Source: Eledone cirrhosa (lineage: Eukaryota). Taken from it: a DNA stretch of 64,000 bases. Positions 39,400-54,095 of this stretch are shown piece after piece. Both the position numbers and the translations under genes were made by a program. The DNA lies in assembly GCA_964016885.1 (NCBI GenBank), contig OZ024746.1:56854001-56918000 (forward strand). The letters are read 5' to 3'. Each line of letters opens with the position of its first letter. The stretch's first letter is position 1. The notes beneath the pieces are model-generated. The model did not search any database, was not told where the DNA came from, and worked only from the letters and a program-made list of their open reading frames with translations.

Positions 39400-39885
39400 T
39401 CATACAAGGATACAATTGTTCAACACAGTAATATCGATAACATTGACCAAATAATTTCGAGAGGAACGAGCCAAACCTAAACAATCGTATAAAAGTTCAG
39501 GTGTGGATATAAAAGGCATATGAAGTAAGGAAAGCAGGAAAGCAAGCAAGGGGCTCGAAGGAATAATGTAAACACCGATTCTTATGGCCTATACAGAACT
39601 ATTTCGAGCCGAAAAGAAATAAGGCTGATTACGATTATTAGATAAAAGGCAGCAAAAAGATGTTTGTCTCTTCTCAGTAGGCAAAATCTTGTTATTTGCA
39701 CAACGAGTCAGGAGTTTTGAGGAAGAATCGAGCCTTGTTAATTAGGATTATATCTTAAACTGACCGATATTGAAACAATGTTAACAATTGGTACAATTTT
39801 AAGTTTATATGTATGCTGCAAACGGATTTTGACCCTCAATACACACGCACGCACAGACACGCACACACACACACACGCACACACA

Positions 39886-39925
<40 letters not shown>

Positions 39926-39945
39926 AACACACACACACATACACG

Positions 39946-39999
<54 letters not shown>

Positions 40000-40001
<2 letters not shown>

Positions 40002-41556
40002 CGAATAAGGAAAAGCGAAGTAGTTTCAGATGTTCAAGTTCTTTAATAATAATGCTGTGATATATATTTCAATGACAACACTGGCCACACTGTTCTGTGT
40101 GCGAGTGTCGTGTCATCATCAGACAGCTTGTTGCATAATAAGGTTATGTTTCCGAGGCAATCCAAATTGAATCGACATGGGAACGGATGAATTGCGTGCT
40201 TTTGGGTTTTTCATCCGTTCCCTTGTGAGTACCAATTCACCCCCACCGGTCTGCGCAAGCGCATGTCCGAAGGAAGTTGACCATTAGCCACCGCAGATTT
40301 CAACGAAGTTCGCTTAGTTCACCCTCTCAGTCAAACAATGGCTTACCCATCCCGTACTATATTTTACTGCTACCCATCACGACTGTGGGTATGGGAGAGT
40401 GTTAGTTTTTACAGGTCATAATACTACCTCTCACTAAGCGTTGACAGTATGACTGACCATCACCTCATAAGGGAAAATTAACTTAATTCTAGGTATCATG
40501 GTTTTACTTTGGAAGTTAAGAGTGAGAGTTGGAAATAAAAATTAAAAATAAAATCCTAAATCAAATATCAGAAATTATAAATTAAGCAATTAAAAAATTA
40601 ACAATTAGAAATTAAAAAATAAAAAAATTGTTCAAGTGATAATTCGGATTGAGGTGAGTAAAAATATAGATTGAAGTGAGTAAATAATATGGAGAGAGAT
40701 GTTTAAGTAATAAGTTCTGAGAGTGTTCTAGTGTCACAGTTACTCTATCCACATATTGAACGACAGTGCCGTACACTATAACGGAGGGCAAATCACAGGG
40801 TTCAAGGCATTAGTCAATCTGGTACAGTCATAATTTCCATCACATGGAACAAAATCAACGAAAAAGAAAAACAGACATAAAGTACACAAAAGAAAAGAAC
40901 AGAACCAATAGTGAATAACGCAAAAACACAGAGTACATGTATGCAAAATGATCCATATGGTTGTCCATCCGTCCATGTATAGATTGAAGTGAGGGGGCTT
41001 CTGTTCAAATGCGATTTGGTGCAGGAAAATAGGGGTTTATCTTATTTTTTGTTTCCGCGTATTTATCCTGCCGAAAGTTACTATTATGTCCGTCTAGTGT
41101 TAGGGGTTTCCATTCCCATGGTAGAGGGAATTTCCGGGGTAGCTCATGGTTGGTTCCTCTCTTCTCCACCGTATCGGTTACATCGTAGAGCACTCAACTA
41201 ATTGGAGCTAAATTATTATTATGTAACAAGCTCTCTGATGATGACACGACACTCGCACACAGAACAGTGTGGCCAGTGTTGTCATTGAAATATATATCAC
41301 AGCATTATTATTAAAGGACTTGAACATCTGAAACTACTTCGCTTTTCCTTATTCGATATTTACTCCGTCACTCCTATGTGGAAAAAGTATGTTGAGTGCT
41401 TGAATTGAATTGCATCAATGTTTACCCTAATAATTTAGCTCCAATTAGTTGAGCGCTCTACGATGTAAACGATACGGTGGAGAAGAGAGGAATCAACCAT
41501 GAGCTACCCCGGAAATTCCCTCTACAATGGGGATGGAAACCCCTAACACTCGATAT
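40000..41556 (+). mobile_element. Non-coding PLE-like element with inverted HHR-bearing termini
   Basis: 40000-40142 is the reverse complement of ~41217-41359; 41092-41215 is inverted again at 41430-41555; no credible ORF. Confidence 0.8.
40054..40127 (-). ncRNA. Type I hammerhead ribozyme with 45-nt stem II domain (second copy 41230-41303, +)
   Basis: GCUGU CUGAUGA UGAC...GUCA UU GAAA UAUAUA UC^ ACAGC. Confidence 0.82.
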
Positions 41557-41574
41557 TCATCAGAGTCGAGTGTA

Positions 41575-41735
41575 TATATTATAAAGTAAACAAAAAATCA
41601 GTGATGCATCTGGACTTAGTTTATTTTGTGTTAGAAATGTTTCGCCGGCACGTAGCTACATGCCGGCGAAACATTTGTAACACGAAATAAACTTAGTCCA
41701 GATGCATCACTGATTTTTCGTTTTATTTATAATAT
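41575..41735. repeat. Foldback containing HHR 3' half
   Basis: TTTCGCCGGCA-CGTAGCTACA-TGCCGGCGAAA centre; GAAAC AUUU GUA^ ACAC. Confidence 0.85.
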
Positions 41736-41970
41736 ATATATATATATAAAGAAGTGAAAGTCAACAGCTTAATATTATCTTCGTTTATTCATATTCGCTG
41801 CTATATATATGTTGGTGATAGCTTTTATTCAACAGCTATGACCTCCTCATCAGGAAGTTAGATCATATCAATGAATTAACAAGATGTTAATTCATTGATA
41901 TGTTCTGATCCGGAGTGTGATGTTAATCCTCTAAGTACATACTCAACGTTATATGTATATATATATATAT

Positions 41971-42449
41971 ATATAAAGAATTAAAAAGAACAGAAAGATG
42001 CAGTAAAAGAGATTTATTCGGTTCTAACGTACGTTTCAATAGACATCAATTTGCCTAGATTTCGCTGCATCTATAATATTATATAGTTAGTAGATCATTC
42101 GACATCCAATGCACAATCGATCCCATATCATCAGAGATTATCTCTGATGATATGGGATCGATTGTGCATTGGATGTCGAATGCTCTACTAACTATATAAT
42201 ATTATAGATGCAGCGAAATCTAGGCAAATTGATGTCTATTGAAACGTACGTTAGAACCGAATAAATCTCTTTTACTGCATCTTTCTGTTCTTTTAAATTC
42301 TTTATACACGCCCCGGAATACGGCTAAACTGGAATATACACCTATTTTCTGCATTTCGTTGAGCACCACTCTGTTGTAAGCTGACCTTCCCCTACACGGT
42401 ACATAACACTGTGTCCTGGAAAACCTTAATGCACTCGTGCATAACCAAT

Positions 42450-42452
<3 letters not shown>
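41971..42452. repeat. Near-perfect foldback (~165-bp arms, 3-nt loop) with back-to-back HHRs at 42023-42137 (-) and 42141-42255 (+)
   Basis: UCU CUGAUGA [90 nt] GAAAC GUAC GUU^ AGA then AAUAAA in both arms; the right arm continues ~145 bp to (TA)n. Confidence 0.9.
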
Positions 42453-42492
<40 letters not shown>

Positions 42493-42743
42493 ATTGAGAG
42501 AGAGAGAGAGAGAGTAAAAGCGATAGATAGTGTGAGAGGGAGTGTGTAAGAGTGAGAGAGAGGGATAAAAAGAGAGACATAGAGGGAGTGAAAGGGAGGG
42601 AGACGCAGTGAAAGGAAAGGAAATTCACTCTCAGCTCACATGTATTGCGTGCTCATTCAGTCAGTGTTTGAACCTTCTATGTAGTTCAAATTACACACAC
42701 ACATATACACCCACACACACGCACACATGCACACACAAACAAA

Positions 42744-42804
<61 letters not shown>

Positions 42805-43804
42805 GTATGTGAGTGTGTGTTTGTGTGTAAATGTATTCCTCCCCGTGCACTTTGCTCTTTAGCGACGTACACTTGGATTTGTGCATTAAATTATCATCAT
42901 CCAAAATTGAGCCGCTAACTTATGGAATATAAAGTTAGAAGTGTATGCATAGAAATGGGAGATAGCAGGGGAAGAGATATTCCTTTTAGCCTTTGCAAAT
43001 TAATATAAACAACCACGTGATGTTGTGATCTAACGATGTTTATCTCAAATATAGTTACACAGTTTAACAACCAGCAATTTTACTCTCTACTCACGCATCC
43101 CGAAAATATTACTACAAAATGAAAGGAAGAGAAATAAAAAGCGCCTAACCCTGATTTATCAAAGTTCCGGAAGAAAGCAAAGATTGATCGATAGACCAAC
43201 TGTAAAAATCGATATTAACGAAGTCAATTATATCCATTTTGCCGCCGTTATTTGTTTAATGTTGGACATATAAATCACATCGTAGAAAAATAGTTTCTTC
43301 CATATGGCTGTTAAATGTGTTTACATTACAACATTGGAAACAGAAAGCTTTTATTTTTATATTTTATTTTCGGGTTTTTTCCTATTTTTGTGTTTTTTCG
43401 CTGTGTGTTTGTGTGATTTTTTTTCTCTATGGACTGGAAATTCTATTAAAGTTCACTTTGGAATTGTAGTATAACGTAATTCAGATTGGTACTTTCCAGA
43501 TGGTAAAATATACCGACTCACAGACACCAGAACAACATGTTTGCGTAAAACGCTATTGAATTCCCCCATCTCATTTTCTATTCCAATTGCTCAATTTCTT
43601 TCTTTCTTTCTCTCTCTTTACCTTGATCTCTCCACCGCTCCTCCGCTATCTTTCGTTTTCTCTGTTTCCCTGTAACTCTCTTCGTTGGTCTCTTTCTCTC
43701 TCATTTACATATATTCCATTCTATCTCTAAAGGCTCATGAAATGAAATATATCCTTTCAGCAGAAACTTACTACTACTACTACTACTACATCACTAATAA
43801 TAAA

Positions 43805-44530
43805 TAATAATTGTTTCTACTATGGGCACAAGGCCAGCAATAACCAGTGCATTACTGGTACTTTATTTCATCGACCCCGTAAGGATGAAAGGCAAAGTTA
43901 ACCTCGGTGGGATTTGAACCAGAATGGCAAGGGCCGTAACTCTATGCGTCAAAGCATGACGTCCCAGCCTCTACCGATACTGCCAATCTACCGCCTAATA
44001 CTAAATCATAATAATAAATAATAATTATTTCTAGTATAGGCACAAGGCCAGTAATTTGGTGGGAGGGGAAAGTCGATTAAATTGAAACCGAGCACGTTAC
44101 TGCTGCTTTAGTTTATCGACCCCATAAGGCAAAGTTAATTTCGCCGGAATTTGAACTCTATCCTGCAAAGATTGCTGTCCGACCCTATCAATTCTGCCAA
44201 TCCACTGCCCAACTACTACTACTAATAATAATAATTGTTTCTACCCTTGGCACAAGGCCAGCAATTATCCCAGTATATTACTGGTACTTTATTTTATCGA
44301 CCCCTTAAGGATGAAAGGCAAAGTTAACCTCGGCGGACTTTGAACTCAGTACGTAAAGGGACGTAACTCTGCTGCAAAGCATGGCGTCCGACCCTCCACC
44401 GATACTGCCAATCCACCGCCCACTATTATAATAATAATAATGATTCTACTATAGCGCAAGACCAGCAATTTGTGGGGATTGACCCCAGTGCTTTATTTTA
44501 TCGACTGCGTAATGATGAAAGGCAAAGCTA
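43805..44530 (-). mobile_element. Cluster of four head-to-tail SINE copies
   Basis: Tails start at ~43810, 44027, 44235 and 44442, separated by (TAA)/(TAC) runs. Confidence 0.9.
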
Positions 44531-44727
44531 ATAATAATCGTAAAGTACATGCAGGTAACTGTTTCGTTTTGTATTTATTTTTCTTTCATATTAATTCCAG
44601 TTTATTCTTTCATATTAATTCCAGTTTATGTAAATATACATTTTCCTGAATCCACCCACATTATAATTTATCAGACGAAATTTCAAAGGCCAGAGTGGAA
44701 TATAAAACATCAACAGTTTCATGTCTA

Positions 44728-44779
<52 letters not shown>

Positions 44780-44822
44780 CATGTATACGTACATACATAT
44801 ATGTATACATATGTATACGTAA

Positions 44823-44899
<77 letters not shown>

Positions 44900-44918
44900 G
44901 AGAGAGAGAGAGAGAGAT

Positions 44919-44997
<79 letters not shown>
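44900..44997. repeat. (GA)n microsatellite
   Basis: Direct reading. Confidence 0.95.
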
Positions 44998-45000
<3 letters not shown>

Positions 45001-45825
45001 AACTCAAACGAGATGTGCGCATAAAACATATATGTGCGTATGTTATGATATGTTTATATATATATATGTGTACGCATGTATATGTACTTCGTAAGATTTA
45101 GATACTAATAAGAATATAAAGTAGGGATGATAATAATACACGAATATCTCAAATACTGATTAATAAGGAGATATTTAAAGTAATCATATTATAAAGAAAT
45201 ATAATATAACTATAACGCGAGCAAGTATTTGATTTTATTCAAGCATGAGTGGTTCTCTAGCTACAAACGTTAGGCTAAATGCCAACATGTCTACTGCAAA
45301 ACTTGAAATGAAACGTTATATACCTGCACGTAACCTGTAGTAACTGATTATTTCACATGACTACTTTGTTACTGTGAAATATATGTCAGGCCAGCAGACT
45401 GACAAGGACATCAAAGCAAATAGTTCAGATTTTCATACTGAAAAGCAGGAAGGAAACCCTATTTGCTCTGATAGACATCTGAATGCTTTCCGACCAAATC
45501 ATTTGCCCGGATGAAAGACGAAAGCTAGTAGCATTTGAAGGACCTCAAAATAGAAATAAACATGATGTAGAATAGTAGTATCAATATGGTCTTGGTGATT
45601 GGTGCATTGGTTATGATAAAGATAATTATCAATAAAACATGAAAGAAAATAAGCAAAAATGTTAAGTGCAGGCAAACTGTGTAGAGTTCGGTTCGAAAGC
45701 ACGTTTATTCGAATTTGGTCGAACTGTGTAGTGTATTGGGCATGTGTCTGCTAATATAACATATTATCTCTGGTTGATCAATGAATACTCAGTGATATTT
45801 GGGAGAGGGGAACTGTATGTGAGCC

Positions 45826-45981
<156 letters not shown>

Positions 45982-46224
45982 GAGAGATAGAGAGATGGAT
46001 ATCTAACAGAGACAGTGTGGTAAGATACCAGGTTAACCATAACGCACCAGATTATTCGATACCTACTGTAGTAGAGTGGGTAATAGTAAAAGAGTAGGAA
46101 CCAGACGGCTGAGTTCTGACCGTTTGTTATTTTTACAAAATTCTCGAACGTAACTAAAAACTACGATTGTTGAGAGCTTTCTCCTGCTTACTCCTGTTTT
46201 TAACAAAACAATCTTTTCGGAACG

Positions 46225-46258
<34 letters not shown>

Positions 46259-46742
46259 GATATACACATACACACACATATATATATATCATCATCATCA
46301 CCATCATGAGCAACACCGTTTTACGTCCGTTCTTCCACGCTAGCATGGGTTAGACGGGTTGTCCTGTCGTGGGCAGTGTCCGGTCGGCTGACCTTGTCTT
46401 GCTCATACGGAAACAGACTCTGGCTTGATTTCCACAGCTGGATACCCTTACTAACATCAACCTCATTTACAGTGAGTGCTGGGTGTTTTTTTTCGTCGCG
46501 CCTACACGTTCACTTTACAGTGTGGGCTGGGTGATTTTTTGCCGTGGCACCTCCACGAACTCTTTGCAGTGGAATGATATGGACCCCAGTCCCTCTCATA
46601 TCATTTCTACAGCTGAGTAAACTGAAGCAATGTGAAATAAAGTGTCTCATCACCCGGTCCAAAAATTGAACTGGATGATGTGTAGTTTCCTTGCCCGTAT
46701 GTATATACGCACACATATGCACAGACACAAACTGACACTCTG

Positions 46743-46791
<49 letters not shown>

Positions 46792-47075
46792 TTAGCGAGA
46801 ATCGCATTTCGGCGGGTAGAAATTAGCGAAACGCAACATCCATATTGTGCAGACAAGCGCTCCATGGATATGAAGAAGATACCAGAGCTATAAACATAGG
46901 TTAAAATGGTCATACACGCTGAGACGATGGTTAAGAAGCCATTAACCACCATAGCCAAAAAACGAACAAGCTAAACGAGTCAAACAAAATGAGATATGAT
47001 TGAAATAGTTACTCGGACCCTCGGGGCTGATGGAATACTCCGAAATTGGGTTTCTGCAACACCTAAATCAATAAT

Positions 47076-47255
47076 TGTTTCTACTTTAGGCACAAGGCCA
47101 GCAATTCACCAATGCATTACTGGTACTTTATTTTATCGACCCCGTAAGGATGAAAGGCAAAGTCAACCTCGGCGGGATTTGAACTCAGATCGTAAAGGGA
47201 CGTAACTATGCTGGAAAGCATGGCGTCCGACCTCTACCGATACTGCCAATCTACC
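47076..47255 (-). mobile_element. SINE copy with 11-bp TSD
   Basis: AAATCAATAAT at 47065-47075 and 47256-47266. Confidence 0.92.
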
Positions 47256-47445
47256 AAATCAATAATACTGTCTGCTTATAAAATATAAGCTTTTGGTATA
47301 ATGATCGAAGAATATGTATAATTCACCAAAATACAATAGTGACATGCAAATCTATTTAACTCTTCTTATGGACTGAGTTCGCTGACCCTTGGACTGTTCC
47401 AGCTATCCGGCTGAGGCCATGCTGGGGCACCGCCTTTGATAAACG

Positions 47446-47513
47446 TTCCCATGCCGGGAATCGAAACTGGGTCGCCTGCGTAATACCCAGGAATCCTAAA
47501 CACTAGACCATAT
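47446..47513 (-). pseudogene. tRNA-Glu(TTC)-derived pseudogene
   Basis: Minus strand ATATGGTCTAGTGTTTAGGATTCCTGGGTATTACGCAGGCGACCCAGTTTCGATTCCCGGCATGGGAA resembles metazoan tRNA-Glu(TTC); anticodon loop mutated; 5' acceptor strand replaced by (TA)n. Confidence 0.75.
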
Positions 47514-47584
47514 ATATATATATATCCAGGGTTGCATCTTTTAATCGGCCATACGCGGAATTTTGTCTATTAATTGGTTCTGCA

Positions 47585-48288
47585 GCCTTTCATCCTCACG
47601 AGGTCGATAAAATAAAGTACCAGTAATGTACTGGTAATTTGCTGGCTTTGTGCCGAAAGTAGAAACAATTAGTATTTTGGAGCAGGGGCGGTGGATTGGC
47701 AGTATCGATAGAGAATAGAGGCTATGCTTTGCAGCATAGAGTTACGTCCCTTTACGGTTTGTTTTTAAATCCCGCCGAGGTTAACTTTGCCTTTCAACTC
47801 TACGGGGTGGATAAAATAAAGCACCTGTATAGCACTGGGATAAATGCTGACCTTGTGCCGAAAGTAGAAATAATTATTTTGAAGGAGGAAAACTGCATTT
47901 AAGAGGAAAATCCTGATAAACATAGGATCGAACATGGAAAAAACAAAAGAAATATATATTAGGTCTTTGAACACACGTATAGATCTTCACGGGGAGAAGA
48001 TATTGAAGACTGCCCAGGTATCCAAACTCCTTGTATTTGAACATAAGTCACTTCGAAACAATAACTTCTATCTACCTGAAAAGGTGATTAATTGCCATTG
48101 GATTGGCAGTATCGTTACAGGGTCGGACGCCATGCTTTGGAGCATAGAGTTATGACCCTTTATGATCTGAGTTCAAATCCCGCCGAGGTTAACTTTGCCT
48201 TTCATCCTTACGGGGTGGATAACATAAAGTACCAGTAATGCACTGGGTAATTGCTGGCCTTGTGCCAAAAGTAGAAACAATTATTAAA
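47585..48288 (+). mobile_element. Three SINE copies (47585-47672 partial, 47687-47880, 48098-48288)
   Basis: GGATTGGCAGTATCG heads and AGTAGAAA[C/T]AATTA tails. Confidence 0.9.
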
Positions 48289-48666
48289 AGGAATTAGGTT
48301 TAAAAATTATAAAGAATATTAAGAATATAAAATAAGTAGGGAATTAAGTGAAAAAGCCAAATTCGCTAAATTAAATTCAATATTCGTGCCAACCCTTACC
48401 TAAGGTCAGGAATCTTGGTTGAAAACCAAAATCATAGTCGATGAAAGAAGGATAGCTCATGTTAAATCCTACTGTAATCTCATACTAAATTTTAATCACC
48501 TGTTCTCAAATAGTAGCTCAATAGTTGTGGCTAATTACGAACTAATATAATAGTTACAAATAATTTATTATAAACGAACATTTTCTATCACAACATATTA
48601 TTGTATTATAGATCGGCACACAATTCAATAAAGTCGATTATTCAATACTCTCATCAATGTGCACAC

Positions 48667-48741
<75 letters not shown>

Positions 48742-50009
48742 ATGTATATATGATGCCGACGCTTATTAAGAAGCCAAAGCATTGCATGATACAATTTTTC
48801 AGATGTAAGATTTATGTAATAATTATAACATGACATTCTTACATGTCTACAGAGATACCACCAATATATAGAGAATAAAAAATAAGATGAACAGTAAAAT
48901 ACATACAAATCTGATTTGATATGACACGACAGTGATTTGCCTTTTAGGTATTATATTGTTAAAGAACTAACGAGATTATTTATGTCACATGTAAATATGA
49001 TATCGGTTAAGATGGCTGAAATCCCAATAGTAATGCCGGTAATTTGAAAGAGAATAATTGTAAACTATTCAGATATTACCCATGCTGTTTTGCGACGGAT
49101 ATTACTGAATTATTCATCAGAATCAATACAACCGCCATTTTTGTTAGTTCATTTGGAATTAATGCATTGTAAAATGGACGCACAAAGGAAGCTGAAAAGA
49201 AACATATAGCTGACGTCATATAGCTTGAGTATGCTGTTAATTTGTAAGTATTGTAAACTGTATTTAAAAAGAACGATATAGCTATGAACGTTAAACTACA
49301 CCACTATGAATGCACTTATAAGCATATATATGTGTGTGAATGTAAGTATATATTTGTAAGTATTCATTTATATATATATATATGTTTTGTGAATATATCT
49401 ATTTATGTATATGTTTGCATATATTTCTATATATATAATAGTGTGTAGTTAAAGCGTGTTAGTGCACAGACATGAAGAAGTATGTATAATTTAGTGCAAA
49501 GTACAACAATCTCAATGTATACAGTCGATTGAAATTCATAAATGTTTAAACAGAGAGATGCCTTTTCTACATTGGCTTTATAATTTATATGTTTATAAAC
49601 GTATTCATATATATTGGCTACACATTCAAAACAGCGAATGGCATGGTATTTTTTTTTTATGAATAAGTGTTCTTACATGTTGTCAGAGTTCATTTGTCAG
49701 AACACTATTGAACATCTAGATTCGGCGGGCTAGCATTTTGTGCAGTTATTTTCACTTTAAAGAGCAAAACGTTCAGGTGGACAACAGGCTGAGGACGCGT
49801 AACGGCTCAAATTACGTATGTTACTGATATTACGAAATTCTCTGCATAAGTATTCAGGAGTCTTTACAGAAACGAGATCCGATCAGGAATTCGAGAAGCT
49901 GTCATTAAAAGAAACACTGCTATCTTACGCACTAATTCAATACTGTATATATGTATAATAACATGCACTTTCTCACTTAAAGGCTCATTAATGTGACTTC
50001 CTTATAATG

Positions 50010-50047
<38 letters not shown>

Positions 50048-50049
50048 AG

Positions 50050-50150
<101 letters not shown>

Positions 50151-50209
50151 CATTTTCTTTTCCTTTTACTGATATATCACAACTCGTGTGTTACACCTCT
50201 ATTTTTTTA

Positions 50210-50248
<39 letters not shown>

Positions 50249-50255
<7 letters not shown>

Positions 50256-50600
50256 GTGAGGTTTTTTTTACAAAATGAAAAATAACCGAGGTGTCCTACA
50301 CGAGTGGAAGTATAAAGAAAAAGGGATGAAATCGAAAATGCAACTGAAGTCTTATTTTTTTAAAAAATATATATATTTATTTGGTTCCTTTACCGGTTTC
50401 GCAGTTCTGCTTTTCAAAAGGTGAGTTGAGATGGAGGGTCTGTGGTTTTTCTCACATCTGTGAGAAAAACCACAGACCCTCCATCTCAACTCACCTTTTG
50501 AAAAGCAGAAAAACTGCGAAACCGGTAAAGGAACCAAATAACTATATATATTTTTAAAAAAAATAAGACTTCAGTTGCATTTTCGATTTCATCCCTTTTT

Positions 50601-50605
<5 letters not shown>
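50249..50605. repeat. Foldback family X (second copy 52297-52650)
   Basis: GGAGGGTCTGTGGTTTTTCTCACA / TGTGAGAAAAACCACAGACCCTCC centre; ~145-bp arms; contains GAAAC CG GUA HHR 3' half. Confidence 0.9.
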
Positions 50606-50689
<84 letters not shown>

Positions 50690-50694
<5 letters not shown>

Positions 50695-51740
50695 TAAAAA
50701 AAATAGAGGTGTAACACACGAGTTGTGATATATCAGTAAAAGGAAAAGAAAATGCTGACAAATTTTTCCCAGTGAAAAATAGTTTAATTAGTGAACACAT
50801 TGATACCTGTGCCGCCCAAAATCATCCAAAATTTAGAATCTTTCCCCTCTACAAATTTAAAGATAATGCCACCCACATCCAGCGCATCAGCAAGGAGTCT
50901 CACTTTATTAACAAATACGGATCCCGTCTAAACACTTCTCCCTAAGACGAACCCACAACATACATACGTCGACATACATACCTACACCAGCATACATCCT
51001 ACATACATTTCTATCCACATATAAACACAATGACATACGTAAACACACATGTTCTATGGTGAAACACAAATATACACAAATTTGAATACCTTTTGATGTT
51101 TATAGATATAAACTTGCCGACACATAAACATACATATACGCACACATGCATTGCACACTGATGGGCACATACATATTTGTACACAAGTATTCCTATACGG
51201 CAATGCCTAATGGATTTCCCTAGCAGTACGTAAAATCTGGACACTCACACACACACCTTGGTGTTATAACAATACTATACATAATTTCACCCCTTTTATT
51301 ATTAATGATTTTGATGTTCTTTTGAGAGAATCGTTTTTGCAACTTACTGTAAATATCGAATAATGTACAACATTTTTACCAGTATCACAAATATACTGGT
51401 CCATCCACACTCACACACACACACACACATACACACATACACACACATATACACACACACATACACACGCGTACACTAACATACAAACAAACATACACAC
51501 ACACACTTCTCCGTATAAGACAAGAGCTGAAAAATATCTTTCAACATGTTAAAATATGCCCCACACACGTACACACACATTTCTAATGACCGAATTTATT
51601 TACTCTACCACGAACCACTCTGCTACACACACACACACATATATTTGTCTCAATAGACACCTGAACTGTTGATCTTTCAACATGACTGCAATTCACACAC
51701 ACATCCCTACTGACCATTATCACAACAATGAACCTCTTTA

Positions 51741-51810
<70 letters not shown>

Positions 51811-52270
51811 TTGTCTTAATAAACTTATTTTTCAGTGACTTCTCAATCGGGCGAAAAAGGATACTCTTCTTACAAACCTACATTTGGCGCAAAATCAATT
51901 TTTATCATTCACGTGACCTCCACCGACCAATCAAAATTGTTTTGACCACAAGAATTTTTGCAACACGAATTGGCGCGAAATTTATAGTACTCATTCACGT
52001 GACATTAAACAACCAACCAAATCTTAATACCTCTAGGGCCACTTTTTTAATATAAAACAGGAAGAATTTCCAAAACTGATCAGATTAGAGCAAATATCAC
52101 GGTCGCTCTATCTAAATTTTATTTTTGAAAAGCATTAGAAATGCGCAAACTGTAAAATGTTAAACCTAAAACTGAATAATAACCAATACTTATTACTAAT
52201 TTATACTTATTCCTAATTAAACTATTTTTCACTGGGAAAAATTTGTCAGCATTTTCTTTTCCTTTTACTA

Positions 52271-52272
<2 letters not shown>
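50690..52272 (+). mobile_element. 5'-truncated copy of the Neptune-like PLE with inverted 3' tail at its 5' end
   Basis: 50790 onward matches 21553-22858; 50735-50791 is the reverse complement of 52213-52269. Confidence 0.92.
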
Positions 52273-52302
<30 letters not shown>

Positions 52303-52641
52303 GTGAGGTTTTTTTTACAAATTGAAAAATAACCGAGGTGTCCTACACGAGTAAAAGTATAAAGAAAAAGAGATGAAATCGAAAATGCAACTGGAGTCTT
52401 ATTTAAAAAAAATATATATATATATTTATTTACCGGTTTCGCAGTTCTTCTGCTTTTCAAAAGTAGATTTGATATGGAGGGTCTGTGGTTTTTCTCACAT
52501 CAGATGTGAGAAAAACCACAGACCCTCCATCTCAACTCTACTTTTGAAAAGCAGAAGAACTGCGAAACCGGTAAAGGAACCAAATAAATATATATGTTTA
52601 AAAAAAAAAAAGAAGACTCCAGTTGATTTTCGATTTCATCT

Positions 52642-52682
<41 letters not shown>

Positions 52683-52685
<3 letters not shown>

Positions 52686-52880
52686 CGAAGGAAGTGTGGT
52701 AATGAGTCAGATGGACCATAACGCACCAGATTACTCAATACTTTGGGTAGTAGACTGGGTTATAGGAAAATGTATAACACCGACGGCGGAGCTGGAGCCA
52801 TTCCAACGGCTGTTTCTGGACCTGAATTACCCGTAGAAACGTCTGGAACTCTGCCGTCGGGGTTACACATTTTCCCATAC
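52683..52880. repeat. Family Y foldback, diverged
   Basis: TAACGAAGGAAGTGTGGTAA...GGACCATAACGCACC as at 18313; CCGACGGC / GCCGTCGG arms. Confidence 0.8.
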
Positions 52881-52899
52881 ATATATATATATGTGTATG

Positions 52900-52970
<71 letters not shown>

Positions 52971-53119
52971 TTACATACACATATATACATTATACGGAAG
53001 TCCCCTAATTTATTTCAGCAATCACCGGTGACCACCCTCTCACTTAATAACCCTTTAAGTGAGAAAGTGCATGTTATTATACATATCCCACAAAGTATTT
53101 AATATATATATATAATACG

Positions 53120-53200
<81 letters not shown>

Positions 53201-53207
53201 GTATATA

Positions 53208-53935
<728 letters not shown>

Positions 53936-53954
53936 CATGAATATATATATATAA

Positions 53955-53994
<40 letters not shown>

Positions 53995-53996
53995 GA

Positions 53997-54089
<93 letters not shown>

Positions 54090-54095
<6 letters not shown>

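Noticed and set aside
41780-41855. Minus-strand CTTC CTGATGA motif
   Set aside because: No clean GAAA, stem III and cleavage triplet downstream.
45322-45440. Minus-strand segment with a good splice acceptor and possible donor
   Set aside because: Stops in all three frames; not supportable as a coding exon.
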